Assembly (NCBI RefSeq): GCF_038025025.1
Contig: NW_027117349.1
Span: forward strand, 992,001-1,056,000
DNA from: Phyllosticta citribraziliensis
Taxonomy: Eukaryota
Reading direction: 5' to 3'
DNA: 64,000 nt
The translations under genes and the position numbers were made by a program. Under the pieces are notes generated by a model. The model was not told where the DNA came from, searched no databases, and was given only the letters and a program-made list of their open reading frames with translations. Of this stretch, positions 36,081 to 46,316 are shown piece by piece. Numbering within the stretch: the stretch's first letter is position 1; each line of letters starts with the position of its first letter.

Positions 36081-37799
36081 ATGGGCCAACCGTCGACTTC
36101 ACGCCGCGATGCGACGGCAACTCCATTATTTCCGACGACAGCAGCAACGAATAATACCTTGGAACCCCCCAGCCCAGCGCTCCATAAGGCGCAAAAAGTG
36201 TTTCCGCTACTTGACCTTCCGGTTGAGCTGATCCAAAATATTACCCAGCACTTGGCTGGTCCCCAGCTGTCTGACTCCTCTGGTCAACCACACTGGAACA
36301 GGAGTCGTTATGACCCCTTCCGCAAGGACTCGCCTCTCGCCGACGATTTCCTTACTTTCCGCCTCACCTGCAGCTGGATAAATGACGCTACTTTTGTATT
36401 CTTTCGACGAAAATATTTTACATCAAGGAAGGTCATTATGGAATTTGCGAGCCTCCAAGACTTGCTCACCTTGGCCCATCACCCCAAACTGGGAAGACAG
36501 ATCCAAAGCTTGAGGATCCTCCCTTTTTTCCAAGACACCGGACAATTCTTTGAGTTTGAATCGATAGAGGCAAAATACTGTAGCAACCGAATGACGAAGA
36601 GATCAAACTACGATCAAAAGCAGTGGAGCCACATTATGGAGTCTTTCGACAAACTTAGGAAAAAAATCAGGACCACCCACAACATCAATTACAACATGCG
36701 AGAGTCAGAACTAGCTCAGATTCTGCTTCAACGTGCGTTGTCAACATTCGGCGGGCTCCGCAATATTGACTTCGGATACAGTATCGACAAGGATTGGAAG
36801 ATGGCCGAGCTGTGGGAAGCTGCCAAGATGCAGGAGATAGTGCCCATGGCGAAACACTCCTCCGTTTTCGCTCACATTAATGGCGGATATCCGGAAATAT
36901 GGTTGGCTCATCAATCTGATGCTTTGGATATCGTCATCGACGCCATCACCAAGAGCGAGGTTTCTTTATCATCACTGCGACTCCAAGATGGATCACTCCA
37001 GCTTGGGTCAGTTATGATGCGAACTCCGTCAGAAGCCCCAACCCTTCAAGAGTGCCTTCAGAGACTGAGCTCCCTGCATTTGTCGTTCGGAACCAACTTT
37101 CACCACCATTTACAGAGGCTAAGTATCAAATATGTCTTGGAGCTCCTATCTGCTGCCCCTCGAACCCTGGAAGAATTGGGAATCAACTACGAAATGAATC
37201 CTCAGTACCTGTTTCATTGGCATAAAACCACCGAAATGATTGTCGCTGTCGCTCCTCTTTGCAATGAGCTATTCTCAAAGATCAGGTTTCCGCAGCTCGA
37301 AAGGTTAAGCATCAGGTGCACTTCGGAGACAATAACCGGAGTTGCGCAGCTCATCAGCCGACACGCTGGAAGTTTGAAAGCGGTGGAATTCGATCAAACT
37401 GTGCCCAGAAAAGGACACCCGAACTATGAGATCTGGACATCGAAATTGTCTGAATCCGACTTGGAAGTTGTACATGCGGAGTGGTCAAAAATTCTTGAGG
37501 CATGTCTACAGTGCGACAACCTCGTGAATGTTGACATCTACACTCAGAGCGACATCTACCCAGAGACTAAACACGAAGGCACGGAAGTGACTGATATAGT
37601 GTCCTCTCATCGCTTGTCCGGACAGCACATGCACTCAGAGGGGGTTAAAAGCCATGGGCACCTCTCATACCGTCGCAAAGAAGACTACCACAAGCTTTCG
37701 GGTGGAGGAGATCTCGAGCCTCGAGCCAAGTATTTAAAGAGGATGTTGGAGCAGCATTTTTGGGAGTGGAAAGCAGCAGAACTGGTGCATGGGGTGTGA
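36081..37799 (+). CDS. F-box domain protein, array paralog 1 (572 aa)
   Basis: LLDLPVELIQNITQHL...DFLTFRLTCSWINDATF F-box-like motif with an insertion, and C-terminal LxxLxL (LRR/RNI-like) segments. ATG 36081 within ORF 35748..37799. Confidence 0.88.
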   Translation: MGQPSTSRRDATATPLFPTTAATNNTLEPPSPALHKAQKVFPLLDLPVELIQNITQHLAGPQLSDSSGQPHWNRSRYDPFRKDSPLADDFLTFRLTCSWINDATFVFFRRKYFTSRKVIMEFASLQDLLTLAHHPKLGRQIQSLRILPFFQDTGQFFEFESIEAKYCSNRMTKRSNYDQKQWSHIMESFDKLRKKIRTTHNINYNMRESELAQILLQRALSTFGGLRNIDFGYSIDKDWKMAELWEAAKMQEIVPMAKHSSVFAHINGGYPEIWLAHQSDALDIVIDAITKSEVSLSSLRLQDGSLQLGSVMMRTPSEAPTLQECLQRLSSLHLSFGTNFHHHLQRLSIKYVLELLSAAPRTLEELGINYEMNPQYLFHWHKTTEMIVAVAPLCNELFSKIRFPQLERLSIRCTSETITGVAQLISRHAGSLKAVEFDQTVPRKGHPNYEIWTSKLSESDLEVVHAEWSKILEACLQCDNLVNVDIYTQSDIYPETKHEGTEVTDIVSSHRLSGQHMHSEGVKSHGHLSYRRKEDYHKLSGGGDLEPRAKYLKRMLEQHFWEWKAAELVHGV

Positions 37800-38112
37800 G
37801 CCAGCACATGGCATCATCAAGTGGAAACGGCTGGGACACCACATGGATTGGGAAGAAGCGGAATGAGTTCACAAGGTATGGTAGCACGTTGAAAGAGTCC
37901 AGAGTTGAAAGAATAGAGAGATACACATGCTGTTGCACCTGCAGTCTCTTGAGGTCTGAGACTGCTGTGCATAGCAAGCAGCTAAGTTCACGGAATTTCC
38001 TTGCCTTTTTCACAATCTGTTGTTCATATCGTCGCCGTCTTGAGCGATGGACCGAGTAGTTGTCGTAGCACCTGCGTTGCCCATCCAATGGCGATTTCTA
38101 GGACTTGGGTTT

Positions 38113-38360
38113 GACGAAGGAGCAGTCATTCACCGCATCACCTTAGATGAATCTTGGGAGCAGCCGTTCAACTTTACAGCCACGCCGAGGAAGCGGTCCT
38201 CCAGCACCACCTCGACGTCCAGGGAGCACTCTTCCGGCATTGTAGTGACGCCTTGGGAGCATTCTTCGGCCACCACAGCGGCGCTCAGGAAGTGGTTGTC
38301 GACCACCACCACAGCTACGCATGAGGAGTCTCTACCACCACCACCACCCAAAGAGCATCC
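38113..38360. repeat. Degenerate ~33-bp-period repeat array with GGAGCA(K/Y)TC core
   Basis: Cores at 38119 (ggagcagtc), 38157 (ggagcagcc), 38190 (gaagcggtc), 38223 (ggagcactc), 38256 (ggagcattc), 38289 (gaagtggtt), 38325 (ggagtctct) and 38352 (agagcatcc). Four consecutive spacings are exactly 33. Confidence 0.7.
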
Positions 38361-38616
38361 TGCACCACCAAAACGACGGGCCGGAGGCAATCGCTCGCGA
38401 CTGCAGCAACACACTGAGCGCTGCCTTGCAGCTTTACACCTGCGCTCGGTAGTCCGACGTCGTTGCTTCCAGGCGGGCGTTGGTCGTGTGCCGGCCGCTC
38501 TTTCCTCTCGATACCCATCTGCCGACCTCCACACCCCATCAACCTCCCACCACACTCTTTCAACATCAGACACTCAGCTTCAGGTCGCACACCTTTTTGC
38601 ATTCAGGTCCTCCGCC

Positions 38617-40248
38617 ATGGCCACGGCTGACCCGACGCCCCAGACCAAGTGCGGCCCAAGTGGTCTGCTCAAGCTACCTCCGGAGCTCGTCGAGAAAATC
38701 GCATCTCACCTCTCTCCTACAACAAACGGCGTTGAGAACCCCTGGAAAAGTGCTTCGGGATGGTACTCTGTCGACTTTGTCACTCGAGATGACTTCCTCA
38801 CCCTTCGCCACACATGCAGGCAGATGAACGACACGACGTTCAGCTTTTTTCGACGACAATACTTCACCGAACGAGTTGTCAAGCTGCAGACGAAGTCGCT
38901 TCAAGAATTGAGTCAGATTTCTGCCCATCCTACACTTAGAAGGCAGGTCCAGAAGCTGAAGATCTCGCCTCAATTTCATGATCAGTACGAGCGGGGCACA
39001 TTCGGGCATCTTGAGACAAAATACATGGAGAAGTCGAAACACGTACATTTTGCAGAGGGGTCGTGGACTGCGATATTGCAGTCATTCCAAAGTCTTCGCT
39101 CATCAATCACCAAGTCAGTCCAGGAGGATCACCAGCTCTGGAGATCTGGGGTCATCCCTGCGTTACTTGCTCGTATCATGGCGAGCCTCCAAGGACTTCA
39201 TGCTGTTTCATATGGCAATCACAATGTGTCCAACCCCAAGCTACAACGGTTCGACAAACAGACCGCAAAGCTTTGGGTAGCCGCCAGGATCCAAGAAATT
39301 GAAGGAACATCGATTGAGGAGTTCCATAAGAATTTGGCGTTCGACCGGTGGTCATTTCATCGACACAAAGGTTTCCAGATGGTCAAGGCCGCCCTTATCG
39401 CCTGCGGAAAAACATTCTCGTCCCTGCGCTTTGAACACGGCTCCTTTTTGCTGAGAGAAACAATGAGAGAGTCGAAAACAGTCCCATCGTCCCTACTCGA
39501 GCAGTGCTTTAAAGGGCTCAAAGCTCTTCACGTTTCATTCACCCCCATTGTGCCCGAGTACGTTTCGGATACAGCAGTGGATGATGACCTTGAAGAAATC
39601 GTTTGCAACCGGGCTCTTGAAGAACCTGGGTCCGAAGACGCCTTTTTCTTTCTTGCGGCGGTACCTGGAAGCATCGAAGAGCTCGAACTTGGACTAAACA
39701 TTGATCCCGACGAGATGAATTCCTCAGCAGAAGAGAAAGTCTTTGCCGCAACTCCCGTTTTCGACCAGGTGTTCACGATGATCGAGTTCCCTAGACTACG
39801 CAAATTGTCAATCAAAAACACCTTCCACGTGGTGGAATCCATGGCTCAATTGATCAGCAAGCACAAAACAAGCCTCAGGGTTGTCCAAATCAGTCCATCT
39901 GTCCCACAGTCTAGGGATCCTGAATTCGTGTCTTACGTTGCCGAGTGTGGACATGAGCCCGGATTTGATTTTGACAACGCGAAATGGTCGGCTGTTCTAA
40001 AAGCTCTTCTGGAATGCGAAAACCTAGTTGACCTGCGACTGCGAACTCAAAGCAGCATCTACATCGGCGGTGGGAACATTCTCGCCAACCGAAAATCGCG
40101 CAAGTGGCGTGGTCGTCTTTGGTACGCGTGGGGAGAGTCTTACGACGCTGCTCCGTGGGTCATAGAGCCTCGCGCCAAGTTCCTCAGAGAGCGATTTGAG
40201 CAACATCTCGAGGAGTGGAAAAAGGCGGAGCGGGTTCACAAAGTGTGA
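38617..40248 (+). CDS. F-box domain protein, array paralog 2 (543 aa)
   Basis: LLKLPPELVEKIASHL...DDFLTLRHTCRQMNDTTFSFFRRQYFTERVVKLQ. ATG in GCCATGG context at 38617. Confidence 0.88.
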   Translation: MATADPTPQTKCGPSGLLKLPPELVEKIASHLSPTTNGVENPWKSASGWYSVDFVTRDDFLTLRHTCRQMNDTTFSFFRRQYFTERVVKLQTKSLQELSQISAHPTLRRQVQKLKISPQFHDQYERGTFGHLETKYMEKSKHVHFAEGSWTAILQSFQSLRSSITKSVQEDHQLWRSGVIPALLARIMASLQGLHAVSYGNHNVSNPKLQRFDKQTAKLWVAARIQEIEGTSIEEFHKNLAFDRWSFHRHKGFQMVKAALIACGKTFSSLRFEHGSFLLRETMRESKTVPSSLLEQCFKGLKALHVSFTPIVPEYVSDTAVDDDLEEIVCNRALEEPGSEDAFFFLAAVPGSIEELELGLNIDPDEMNSSAEEKVFAATPVFDQVFTMIEFPRLRKLSIKNTFHVVESMAQLISKHKTSLRVVQISPSVPQSRDPEFVSYVAECGHEPGFDFDNAKWSAVLKALLECENLVDLRLRTQSSIYIGGGNILANRKSRKWRGRLWYAWGESYDAAPWVIEPRAKFLRERFEQHLEEWKKAERVHKV

Positions 40249-41302
40249 TGGATTGACCCAGGGAGCCGTCAACGAAAGTGTCGTCATGGGTGAATGTAGG
40301 GAGTGGCTGTTCAACATTACGGATCACACCCTGGGAGCTGCCATACCCTTCCACACCTGCGGAGAAGATGGACAGGACTGAAGAATTTGCTGAAGGGAAT
40401 TTGCTTAAGAGGTTCGGGACTGCGGGATAATCAACGAAAAGCGCTGGCTCTCATGGATTTCGAGGGCTCAATCTCGAACAGAGGATGCAGAGCGTAGCAT
40501 AATCAATTGAGCGGGAATGGCGTGCTCTGACGGCAGAGCAGACCAATGGATTGTGAGGCCTGGTAGCAAGATTCATAGTGCAAACAAAATTGAGATTCTA
40601 TAGCTAGGCGACTTGAACTCTCTGCATTGATATCTTGTGTAGAATCTGAATGTTCTTGAATGTCTCCGAGTACTCTTGTCCATAGTAGCTTGGATGCTTG
40701 CTGTTTTTTGTGTATCAGAGCGCACGAATTCTCCGTATCTGAACCTGTCTGACTAAGTGACACAACTGAGCCTCCATATTCTTCCGTATCGAACCTTCTT
40801 TGGAAAAATTGGTCGCAGTCGTGGATTGTTCAATCAACAGAACAGTGGGTTGGTAGTCATGGATTCCCATTCGGGCAAGCGCGACGGGCGTCCGGACCAT
40901 TTGCCAATTGGTCAACGCGCCGGCGGGAGGCGGCACAGCGCACCGACTCGCGCTCAACATCAGCGCCTCGCGCGACGTTGATTCTTCTACACATCGAACT
41001 TCTTTTCCTCTCTGCAGTTTTCTGCTACGGCAATCATCTGCGGGCTGTCTTGTTGATCAACTTGCACGTCACCTTCATTTTTCGGCGTCACTCTCGCCCG
41101 GTATCCGGGCCACAGCACTTCCGCGCTGCTTCTGTCATCGATCCATCATCTTCATTGACCGCGAATAGCTTCGGCCTTTTGATGCCAACAAGTCTGAAAC
41201 GAGGCTTTTCAGTTCTCGGTATCGCAAAGGTTCGAGAATTTGCCAAAGACGGCCCTGAGCTCTTCACCCCACCGCCGAGGAAATAAACAGAAGCTGTCGA
41301 CC

Positions 41303-43189
41303 ATGGCGTCGCAACAAGATTCTCCGTCACCCGAAAGAATCTCAAGCCGTCCCTCTCTCAGTGGAACACGAAAAGTCTCAACTGCAGATCCGGGTCCTAA
41401 GAAGAACCGGGGCCGCAAGTCTGGGGCTTCCAAGCTTCCAACGGCACGGGCTGCTTCCAAGGCGACGCTCGCTCGGAACAGCAGTCACGGTAACACCAAC
41501 ATCTCGGGCATTCTCAAGCTCCCAATGGAATTGATTGAGAGGATTGCTTCTTTCTTGCAATATCATGACGGATACATGGTTCATTATAAGATCTGTTGTC
41601 CGAAGAACTACCCAGCACTGGGTGGCTGTTTCTATTATCGGCAGGACTACCCAGAACTGGGTGGCTGTTATGACTGGTTCGGTAACTTCAGACTTGTCAG
41701 CCGGCAAATACATGACATGACGTTCGGGACTTTTCGCCGCCGCTACTTTACACGCCGCATGGTGAAGATCCAGCAAAAAAGTCTTGAGAATTTGGTCAGC
41801 ATGTCTGCGCACCCGTTGCTATCGAAGCAAATCCAAGAGCTCATCATCACTCCCCAATGCCACAACAATCAAGATCTCGGCTTTGCAAACGAAATGAGGA
41901 GCATTTTGGATCCTGAAGAGGCTTCGCTTGAGATTGACCCAAGGGCAGTTCGACATGCCGATAGGTGCTTCCAGAAATTTCGACAAAGGTGAGAAATGGA
42001 AAAAGCGTAGGATCGAAAGAGGCATTGACCGCGATACTGCAGACTTCTGGCCTCAATTCAGAGGGATGAAAATCTTCGGACTTCCGGACACGCAACTGAG
42101 CTTCTGTCTCAAGCTCTGAAGGGCTTAAGAAGCGTTGAATCTATTGTCTACGGAACCTATGAAGAGTTTTATCCCACCAGTCATCTTGGGGAGCGAGGCA
42201 CGGAGCTTTGGAAGAGCTTTGTCGATGAAGCAGACGATCACTTTCCAAAGTCACAAGTCGTCTTCCCGCTTTTCAACAGGTATTCCTTCAAAAGGTTCTC
42301 CAAATGTGGCCATAGCGACGTGGACATTGTCATCTCTGCACTTGGAGAATGTGCAACGAACCAGTCCTTCACGAAACTGCGCTTTGAGGACGGATCACTG
42401 ATGTTGCAGGGCACAGAAGCTCCGTCTAGCGCAGCAAGGACCAGTCTTGAAGAATGCTTCAACAGGCTGCAACATCTCCACCTCTCCTTCGCGGCAACAA
42501 ATAAAGCGCGTGTGGACGAAGCACACCGCTTTATCAACGCTGCTCCTGTCGATCTCAAAGAGCTTGAGATCGACTTTACGTGGGAGGAAGGCAACGACAA
42601 GGTCACAGGACCCCTTTATGAAGAATTACTTGAGAACCTCAGTCTACCGCACTTGTGTCATCTAAGTATTCAGGGCATCAAGGGACCATTGACTTTGAAC
42701 GGAGTACCAGCGGCTCTTTGGAACCACCGCCAAAGTCTCATGTCCGTGGAGGTCGAACACTATGCGGGACGCGAAGCCTTCAATGATCATGAAGCCAAGT
42801 GGTCGCGTGTCGCAATAGCTTGCATGTCAGTCGACAAATTGGTGGAGCTGAGAATCGCAAACTACAGCACGATGCACGGATATGACCCGGAATGGGAGGG
42901 TAGTGACGACAGCTTCGATCCCTGGAAATGTTTGTTTGTCGTCTTTCTTGGAAGCGATTACAAGAAAATTCCCGCGTGGCAAATCGAATCTAGCGCGGGA
43001 GAGCTCAAGGACATGTTGGAGGCTTTGTGGTTGTGGGAGTGGAAGGATAATGAAGAACGCGTAGAACGCGAGAGACGAGGAATACTCGAAGAAATGTCAT
43101 CTGCTCAGTCAACGAGCGGCTCAGAGGAGGATTCAGACGCCTCGTCTACTTCGTACATGAGCGGGCCCGAGGACGAAGCAGAGGATTAA
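41303..43189 (+). CDS. F-box domain protein, array paralog 3; one intron at 41989..42042; acidic C-terminal tail
   Basis: ILKLPMELIERIASFL...NFRLVSRQIHDMTFGTFRRRYFTRRMVKIQ. Removing GTGAGA...TTGAC...TGCAG joins ORFs 41240..41992 and 42320..43189 as FRQR-LLASIQRDENLRTSGHATELLSQALKGL, collinear with the paralogs. Confidence 0.85.
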
Positions 43190-44483
43190 ACTTCGGCGCA
43201 TTGGACAGATTCGACGACTATCCATTGCTTCGACACCGTGCTCTTCTGTCCAACACGACAACACGAATCCACCACGGGTCATCATCGAGATTACAAGGAA
43301 GGATCTTTTCTGAACACCAGGATCAGCAGACTTGTGTCAAGTACGTCTAGATCGATGGCTAGATCTAGCTTCAATGGATGCTGTCGTCGCTGCCTCGGGT
43401 CGGGTCGTTTTCTTCAGCGTGAAAGAGATGGTACATTTGCGCGTTTTTCTCACGTTGAATGGTGCATGCATGCACTTGCTTGAAGGCGTCGTCCGGTCAC
43501 TGTGTAAGCGACCAGAAGGCGCTGGAGCCTTGTCAATGCCGGCCCGGACGTCTGCCTTGGAAATGTGCAGCGTTTCTGTGTCTTCGGTGCTGTAGTCTGC
43601 CTTGCCGAGCAAGCAATTGGTGCATGTCTCTGTCGAGCGGAATTGAAAAGGGAGGCCGCCGAGTTGGGTGCCTTGAGTGCTGTGAAGTCAGTAGAGAAGG
43701 ATCAGTCAAGCTGCCTTGAGCTGGGGTAGTTTGGATGAGTCAAGCGGATCTTGGGAATTTGTGCGCCCTGAAGGTGATTGACGGAAAGCTTCCACGCCCT
43801 GCCCGTGGTGCGGTGCGTACCTTGGAGACCAGCTGATGCATCTGCCGCGGCTTGTGCCACAAAGCTTCTTGCTGTTCCCAAAGATGGGTTGTGGCTAGTG
43901 CCTTCCGCAACGTCCCGCGCCGTCAAATAACAAGGAGCTTCCATCTTTCTCAACGCACCACACTCCTCTCCAACCACAACAATTCAATTTCCTTCAACAC
44001 GGCTGTCGTCCTCTGCTGCTCAGAACTCGAGCTTGCATCCCTTCCATCATCGCGCCGCTCGACACTATCACCTCTTTCGCCGGCGCTCTTCGCGCTCGGT
44101 TTGGCTGTCCAGTGACGCAACGAGGCTGGTAACGCGTCTTGCACGTGTCCAGGCGTTTCGACCGCCCTCTCACCTCGACGCTTTCCACGACAGCGCTGTC
44201 TCCCTCTGCTGTTGAGGATACAGGCTCCGACATCTACAGCGACTCCGACAATCAATATTCTCACCTCTCTTAAACACCAAAGCGTCTTGCGCACCGATTG
44301 GCTGCCCGCTAACACAGCTGTTGCACGACGCGCACCCATCTTGCACTAACCTTCAGCCCAATCAGAGCTCACCACAAGAAACCGGCTTCCGCAGGCACAT
44401 GGGATACTCTTTCACTTTCTCTGCGTAGGCTTGGTGCTTTCACCAACACACGGCGCTCCTTCGACGCGTCTGCCCCGATCAAC

Positions 44484-45968
44484 ATGGACATCCAACCTTG
44501 CACGCCCTCTCCAAGCGAGCCGCCTGACCTCACTGATATGGCCACTCAACCCAACGCGCCGCGCCACGAGAAGTGTGTCTCCTCTCCGGGATTCCTCAAG
44601 ATGCCCATGGAGATGGTCGAAAGAATCGTGCGTTATCTGCCATATACATCCTTGCTCAAGCTTCGTCTCGTCAACCGCCAACTCCACGACATGAGCTTCG
44701 ACACATTCAAGAAAAGATTTCCTGGGCGTCTGTCAGTCAGAATGAATCTCAGAGATCTTCGACGGCTGGTTGACCTCGCGTCGCATCCTTTTCTGAGCCA
44801 AAAAGTTAAGGAGGTGCAAATTCGTTCGGCCTACGAGGACAATCTCTTAGCAATCTTCGACGAGTTGGCTCCCAAATGGAAAAACATCCCGAAAGACAGC
44901 CAAGACCAACTGGATGAAATGCCGATGCATTGGATCAGGTTTCGCAAAAGACTTGTGGATCATACTGAGGGTGAAAGACACTTCAGGGATTCGGGGATGG
45001 CTTCTTCATTGCTAGCCCGTGCAATAAAAATGCTGAACAAGCTCGAAACAATCACTCAGGTCCGGGCTCTGAATTATGAGCAAGAATGGGGATGGATAGA
45101 GCTATGGCTTGACAAACAACTCCCGCCGTGCGACCGCGAAGGTGAACTGGATCGAGAAGTCGAAAAGCGAATTGCTCGTGATGACCGCAGAATCATTCGA
45201 GACTTTCGAAGCGATGTTGACAACTTGGAGTTCTACGATTTTCCAGCCCACCATTTTACCTGCGATCCCCGCGACCTGGATGTCATCATTTCCGCGATGG
45301 CTGCTAGCGGTTTCACTCAGACTATGTTGAATCTCCGCGAGGAAAACTTCATCGTCAAAGAACATACCCCGATTGCAGATGACCCACAGAAGAAGCTTCT
45401 CCAACGCAGCCTAAAGAAACTAAGGTCTCTCGAAATATCTCTCGTCTTGAAACAAGGCTCGGACGCAGGATATGTACCGTGGTTTTTGGATGCTGTCTCA
45501 GACACGCTCGAAGAGTTGACCATTGACGTTCCCGTCCGTTTCCTTCCCCCTAGAGAGTCGGCCGGAAGCATTTTCCGTGTGTTCGAGGAGATATTTCGGA
45601 GATGCAGATTCCAAAACCTCAAGCAATTGAATTCAAGGTTTACCCCAAACGCTGCGACAAACCTGGAGCAATTCATTCTCGAGCACAAGAGTACTCTGAG
45701 GCGTATCACCCTGTCGAGCATGGAAGGTTGCCGTGCGATACCTCAAACAGAAACAGCAAGGTACTCCGAGGTGTTGAGGGCGTGTCTGGAAGTTCCCAAT
45801 CTTGAGTACTTCGAACTCGTGCATAACTCAGACGTACATGCGAGCAGGGACGGCAAGCGCTCCATTTGGGTAAAGGACTTGACAATGTCCCCGAACAACC
45901 CTGGAAGAACAAGATTGGAGACAAGCCTGAGAAGGTGGGAGAGGCGCGAGGTAGCTGCAGGACTGTAA
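44484..45968 (+). CDS. F-box domain protein, array paralog 4 (494 aa)
   Basis: Canonical F-box FLKMPMEMVERIVRYLPYTSLLKLRLVNRQLHDMSF, with downstream motifs shared with its neighbours. Confidence 0.9.
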   Translation: MDIQPCTPSPSEPPDLTDMATQPNAPRHEKCVSSPGFLKMPMEMVERIVRYLPYTSLLKLRLVNRQLHDMSFDTFKKRFPGRLSVRMNLRDLRRLVDLASHPFLSQKVKEVQIRSAYEDNLLAIFDELAPKWKNIPKDSQDQLDEMPMHWIRFRKRLVDHTEGERHFRDSGMASSLLARAIKMLNKLETITQVRALNYEQEWGWIELWLDKQLPPCDREGELDREVEKRIARDDRRIIRDFRSDVDNLEFYDFPAHHFTCDPRDLDVIISAMAASGFTQTMLNLREENFIVKEHTPIADDPQKKLLQRSLKKLRSLEISLVLKQGSDAGYVPWFLDAVSDTLEELTIDVPVRFLPPRESAGSIFRVFEEIFRRCRFQNLKQLNSRFTPNAATNLEQFILEHKSTLRRITLSSMEGCRAIPQTETARYSEVLRACLEVPNLEYFELVHNSDVHASRDGKRSIWVKDLTMSPNNPGRTRLETSLRRWERREVAAGL

Positions 45969-46316
45969 TCGTCTTTTTTACAGGACATGCGCAGATTTAC
46001 AGGGTGCAGGCCATGATTCGATGTCCCTGCTGATCTGCGTTTTTCTTCTTTTCAAGAGAATGCTTCCTTCGGATGGCTAACTTCGGATTTATGCCTTCGG
46101 TCTAAGCCCCAAATAGGCCGGAGCTTCCGTGGGATCCACATAGTTCGGGCACCACAATTTTGCGTACAAAATAATAGAACTCCACTCGCTTCATCCTCCC
46201 CTTGCAACGTACTTCACGCTACTGCTCCGCAAGCCTCCTACATGTGCCCTATTTGACAACGTTGCTCTAGTACAACGCCCACAAGTTCGCGTGTGCCTTT
46301 CTTCTTGAGACGACAA

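Noticed and set aside
40258..40370. Possible further GGAG-core array downstream of paralog 2 (40262, 40300, 40334, 40361)
   Set aside because: Cores are too degenerate and spacing irregular (38, 34, 27) to support by eye.
41240..43189. Paralog 3 as a pseudogene or two genes
   Set aside because: A canonical intron removes the stops and restores collinearity with the paralogs.
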